Of a stretch of DNA of 64,000 nt, positions 60,288-64,000 are shown one piece after another; position 1 is the stretch's first letter, and each line of letters begins with the position of its first letter. Source of the stretch: Vicinamibacterales bacterium (lineage in GTDB: Bacteria > Acidobacteriota > Vicinamibacteria > Vicinamibacterales > JAMQPK01); the NCBI GenBank assembly GCA_963732445.1, contig CAVSZJ010000008.1:12095-76094 (forward strand), in the 5' to 3' direction. The position numbers and the translations under genes are program-made. The notes under the pieces were generated by a model. That model was not told where the DNA came from. It searched no databases and worked only from the letters and a program-made list of their open reading frames with translations.

Positions 60288-62758
60288 GATGCTTTCCTCA
60301 TCCGAAACGGCATGCTGTTGACGATGCCCATGACGATCGACGAGAAGCGATAGTCATCGCCGCCCGCCTCGCGAACGATCTTGCGGATAGCGGGCGCGTC
60401 GAAGTGCTCCACGCCGCGGCCGGTTGCGAACGTCAGAAGCTTTTCTGACAACGTCGTCACGAAAAACTCCGGATGCGCAAGTATGGCCTTCTGCAAATCG
60501 GCCACTCCTCGAAATTCGGTGCCGTCGAAAAACGCCCCCGAGGCGTCGATCGGGGCACCGGAGTCCACGGTCCGCCAACGGCCGACCGCATCGTAATTTT
60601 CAAGCGCGAAACCTACCGGATCCATCAGCCGATGGCATCCCGCGCACGACGGGTTCGCGCGATGCTCCGACAGCCGCTCGCGCATCGTCGCTGTCTTCTT
60701 CGCCATCTTTACGTTCTCGAGCGCGGGCACGTCGGCCGGCGGCGGGGGGGCGGCACGCCGAGCACGTTGTCGAGAATCCACTTGCCGCGGATGACCGGCG
60801 ATGTGCGCGTCGGATAGGACGTGACCAGCAGGATGCTGCCGTGGCGAAGCAGTCCGCCCCGCCTTCGCCCGCCCGCCTCCCCGCTTGGCGCATCGTCGCG
60901 GTTCGGCGAGGCAGGCTCAGCATCTTCGAATGTAATCCTGCGGAACCGGCTGCCGTAGACGTTGGGGATGCCGTAGTGCTTCGCCAGCCGTTCGTTGACG
61001 AACGTGTAGTCGGCGCGCAGCAGGTCGAGCACGCTGCGGTTCTCGCGGATGACACTGTCGACGAGCATCTCCGTCTCCTGCCGGAAGGCCTGCCGCAGGT
61101 TGTCGTCGAAATCCGGGAAGAGCCGCATGTCGGGCGTCATCGAGTCGAGGTTGCGCAGGTGCAGCCACTGCGACGCGAAGTTGGTGATGAGGTTGCGCGA
61201 CCGCGCGTCGGCGAGCATGCGCGTCACCTGCCGCTCGAGGACAGCCGGCTTGTCGAGATCGCCGCGCGCGGCGACGTCAATCAGTTCATCGTCCGGAATG
61301 CTGCTCCACAAGAAGAACGACAGCCTCGACGCAAGTTCCAGATCGCTGATGCGATAGACGCTTCCTTCGCCGGGCTTGCCCGCCGTAGCTTTAGCGGAGG
61401 CGGGATCGCGTTCGATGCGGAACAAAAACTCTGGGCTCGCGAGCACTGCCGACAATCCCATCTCGATGCCGGCGTCAAATCCGTCCTCGGCCTTCGCCGA
61501 CGCGTACAGCTCGAGCGGCGTCTTCAAATCAGCATCGGTGACGGGCCGGCGATAGGCGCGCCGCATCAGCGTCGACAGTATCCGTTTGGCGCAATTGTCT
61601 TCTTCCTGCGCACGGGCGGGACGGCACGTGAACACGCGGCCGCGGCTGGGAGTGTCGGCCGCTCCAGCGGCATTGTACGGACCGACGATCGAGACTTCGT
61701 AGACCGCCGGCTGAAGTCGAGGATGCCGATAGTAATTGAAGTGCGCTTCGTACGGCTGACGCGCCGTCTCGAGCAGCAGCGACGGCTTCTTCGGGAAACG
61801 TGACGCCGAGCACATGCGGTCCGGCCGTGACCGGCACCCGAATCTTCATATGGCTGTCGAGATTCGCATGCGACGCCGACTCTGCGGATGACTGCCCGGT
61901 CCTGGGCGGCACCGGCGCCACCGTGAAGAGGCGCACCCGCTCACCATCGAGCAGCAGCTCAACATCGTGCGGTTCGAGAAGCCCTTCGATGTGCTCGTTG
62001 CGATCGCGCGCGAGCCGAATCGTGATCTCGTACTCGCCGTTCGCCGGGAACTCGTGCGACACCAGCGCGCCGCCGCGGGTGCCGATCGGCAGGCCGTCGA
62101 CGTGCGACTCCTGCGTCAGATCGGGTCGTAGGCGGACGGTCGAACCTCCGGGTGACAGACTCGGGCGGCCGACGACGAGCTGGCTGATCTTCTCTGCGGC
62201 CGATACATAACTCTCGAGCAGCGTCGGCGAGAGGTTGCCGACCGTGACATTGTCAAACCCGTAGCTCGCCGAGTCGCTGGGCAGGAGCGACGCGGCGTCG
62301 ATCTCGACCGCGAGCAGGTCGCGGATCGCGTTGCGATATTCGGTGCGATTGAGGCGCCGGAACGTATCGGTCCGGCCGGGATTCGGAGCGGACACGGCGA
62401 GGCGGTCGAGCGACGTTTCGAGCGCGTGCAGCGCAGACGTACGGGCGGCCTCGTTGGGGAGGCGCGAGCCCGGCGGCGGCATCTGCCGTGAGCGAAGCTT
62501 CCGCACGACTTTCTCCCACGACTCGGAATGCTCGCGCAGGTCTGTCGTATTGATGGTGTCGAGCTCGAGGCCGCCCGCCTTCGATTTGCCGTTATGACAG
62601 GACAGGCAATAGGTGTTGACCAAGGCGCGGTAGGGCGCCTCCGCTGATGGCGGCACCGGCCCGCGTTCCTGCTGGGCAATGGGCGACCCTGTTGAGGCGA
62701 CGGCCAGCGCAGCCGCGGCAATCCCGCGAAACATCCAGCGTTTTCCCAGGCTCGGCAT
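60284..62758 (-). CDS. DUF1592-family heme-c protein (frameshifts)
   Basis: CLSCH, RRLNRTEYRNAIRDL, GFDN, ELASRLSFFLWSSIPD, TSPVIRGKW, CAGCH. Confidence 0.92.
60868..60916. repeat. REP-like hairpin inserted in the DUF1592 gene
   Basis: CCCGCCTCCCCG...CGGCGAGGCAGG imperfect stem; encodes PASPNRDDAPSGEAGG, absent from paralog 12043..14634. Confidence 0.6.
61372..61404. repeat. REP-like hairpin inserted in the DUF1592 gene
   Basis: Reverse complement of the 40977 element (23/26); encodes PASAKATAGKP. Confidence 0.8.
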
Positions 62759-62900
62759 GCGGAAGGGTCAATTATACGGCCGGCCCCTCTCACTGGTTGA
62801 TGTATCGCTCCGTTCCTGCTCGAAAAGATTCAGGGGCACCGCGCCGGGTCACGCGGTCACCATATGGATGTATGGTGTTCATGCTGGTATGATGCAACCC

Positions 62901-63107
62901 ATGAGCGGATCGCGAAAAGTGACGGTCGAGCTGCCCGACGACCTTCTGCGGCGCGCGCAGAAGTCGACCGGCGACGGCATCACATCGACGATTCGTCGCG
63001 GCCTCGAGCTCGTCGCCGCCGGCGAGGCGTATCGCGGTCTGCGACGCTTGAAGGGCAAGGTGTCCCTCTCCATCGACCTCGACACGCTCCGCAACGATCA
63101 GAAATGA
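62901..63107 (+). CDS. VapB-type antitoxin
   Basis: KVTVELPDDLLRRAQ..TG.GIT.TIRRGL; ATGA overlap with the toxin. Confidence 0.8.
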   Translation: MSGSRKVTVELPDDLLRRAQKSTGDGITSTIRRGLELVAAGEAYRGLRRLKGKVSLSIDLDTLRNDQK

Positions 63108-63487
63108 TCGCCGCGGATTCCAGCTCTCTCGTCGCGTACCTGTCAGGTGCGGCGGGACACGACGTCGATGCCATCGACCGCGCCCTTGGCGATCAGCAGT
63201 TGTGCCTGCCGCCGGTTGTCCTGACCGAACTCCTCAGCGATCCGAAACTACCGCCACAGCTGGCGTCCGTACTGAGGCGAATCCCCCTGCTGGAACCGAC
63301 CATTGGCTTCTGGGAGCGTGCGGGCCGGCTGCGGGCCACAATCATCCGGCACAAGCGGCGCGCACGGCTTGCCGATACGCTGATTGCCCAGAGTTGTCTC
63401 GACAACGATCTCGTGCTGATTACGCGCGACCTCGACTTCCGCACGTTCGCCGAGATTGCGGACCTGAAGATTCTCGCCGCGGAGTGA
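63104..63487 (+). CDS. vapC: PIN-domain toxin
   Basis: MIAADSS, VLTELLS, LADTLIAQSC, LITRD.DF. Confidence 0.9.
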   Translation: MIAADSSSLVAYLSGAAGHDVDAIDRALGDQQLCLPPVVLTELLSDPKLPPQLASVLRRIPLLEPTIGFWERAGRLRATIIRHKRRARLADTLIAQSCLDNDLVLITRDLDFRTFAEIADLKILAAE

Positions 63488-63580
63488 ATAGCCGCGGCCC
63501 TCGCGACAATATGGGGAATTGCGCGACGCTACCAGGTGCGCTTCGCGCGTCAACGGTTATAGTGTGGGCGGAGGCTCCAC

Positions 63581-64000
63581 ATGATGCGGCGCACGCTTCT
63601 GCTCTCAATTCCTGCGATGCTGCTCGCTGCGGCTGTCCTGGCCCAGCAAGGCCCTCCAGGCCGCGGCGGTCGGGGCAGCGCGAGCCCTTCTGGAGACGGG
63701 TGCCCTCCGGGCACGACGCTCGTACGTGTCGGGGCATGCCAGGCGCCTGATTTCGCGCCGCCGTCGATCGTCGATTACCGCCCTGTGTCGTCGCTCGTCG
63801 TCGACGAGCACCCGGTTCCCCGGGCGAAGTTCCCCGTCGTCGACATCCACAGCCACACGGGCCCGACGCCCGCGACGATCGCGACGCTCGTCGCACGCAT
63901 GGACGCGCTGAACATCCGCGTGCTCAACAATCTGAGCGGAGGATCCGGCGACGCGCTGGCGCAGCGCGTGAATTACATAAAGAGCACGTCACATGCGAAT
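63581..64000 (+). CDS. Secreted amidohydrolase (partial, frameshifts)
   Basis: GGAGG plus ATG, hydrophobic N-terminus, PRAKFPVVDIHSH metal motif, MDALNI..LNNLSG. Confidence 0.8.
   Translation, partial: MMRRTLLLSIPAMLLAAAVLAQQGPPGRGGRGSASPSGDGCPPGTTLVRVGACQAPDFAPPSIVDYRPVSSLVVDEHPVPRAKFPVVDIHSHTGPTPATIATLVARMDALNIRVLNNLSGGSGDALAQRVNYIKSTSHAN

Noticed and set aside
6549-62758. Many split ORFs (VWA, receptors, PQQ dehydrogenase, PP2C, DUF1552, uvrA tail) as pseudogenes or programmed frameshifts
   Set aside because: The breaks look like scattered single-base indels, some in homopolymers, and hit conserved genes such as uvrA; I saw no premature stops in the reconstructed frames. Long-read error is the simpler explanation; polishing would decide.

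Overview
High-GC bacterial chromosomal window. The gene repertoire (ADOP-type ABC permease, Acidobacterial VWA proteins, Ser/Thr kinases with PD40 propellers, DUF1592/DUF1552 pairs, carboxypeptidase-domain TonB receptors) suggests Acidobacteriota, probably Vicinamibacteria; this placement is inference. Many genes carry scattered single-base indels typical of unpolished long-read assembly, so genes were reconstructed across frames. Housekeeping genes: lpxC, uvrA, mtgA, pcm. Accessory content: a GH51 arabinofuranosidase, two PQQ dehydrogenases, two DUF1592-DUF1552 operons, two paralogous TonB receptors, BlaI/BlaR1-TonB, three PIN-toxin TA pairs, an FHA-GAF-PP2C/STAS module and an ECF-kinase pair. 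I found no rRNA, tRNA, CRISPR array, integrase or transposase. Most notable unannotated signals: (1) the ~9.6-21.3 kb block is bracketed by reciprocal gene ghosts, namely a 45-bp esterase piece and a TonB receptor gene collapsed to ~110 bp; (2) several REP-like or simple palindromic repeats sit in frame inside proteins, including a GTAG-type REP doublet in a kinase activation loop; (3) lpxC has a sigma-54-type promoter with twin upstream palindromes; (4) a heme-c protein carries a full PHM-type copper ligand set.
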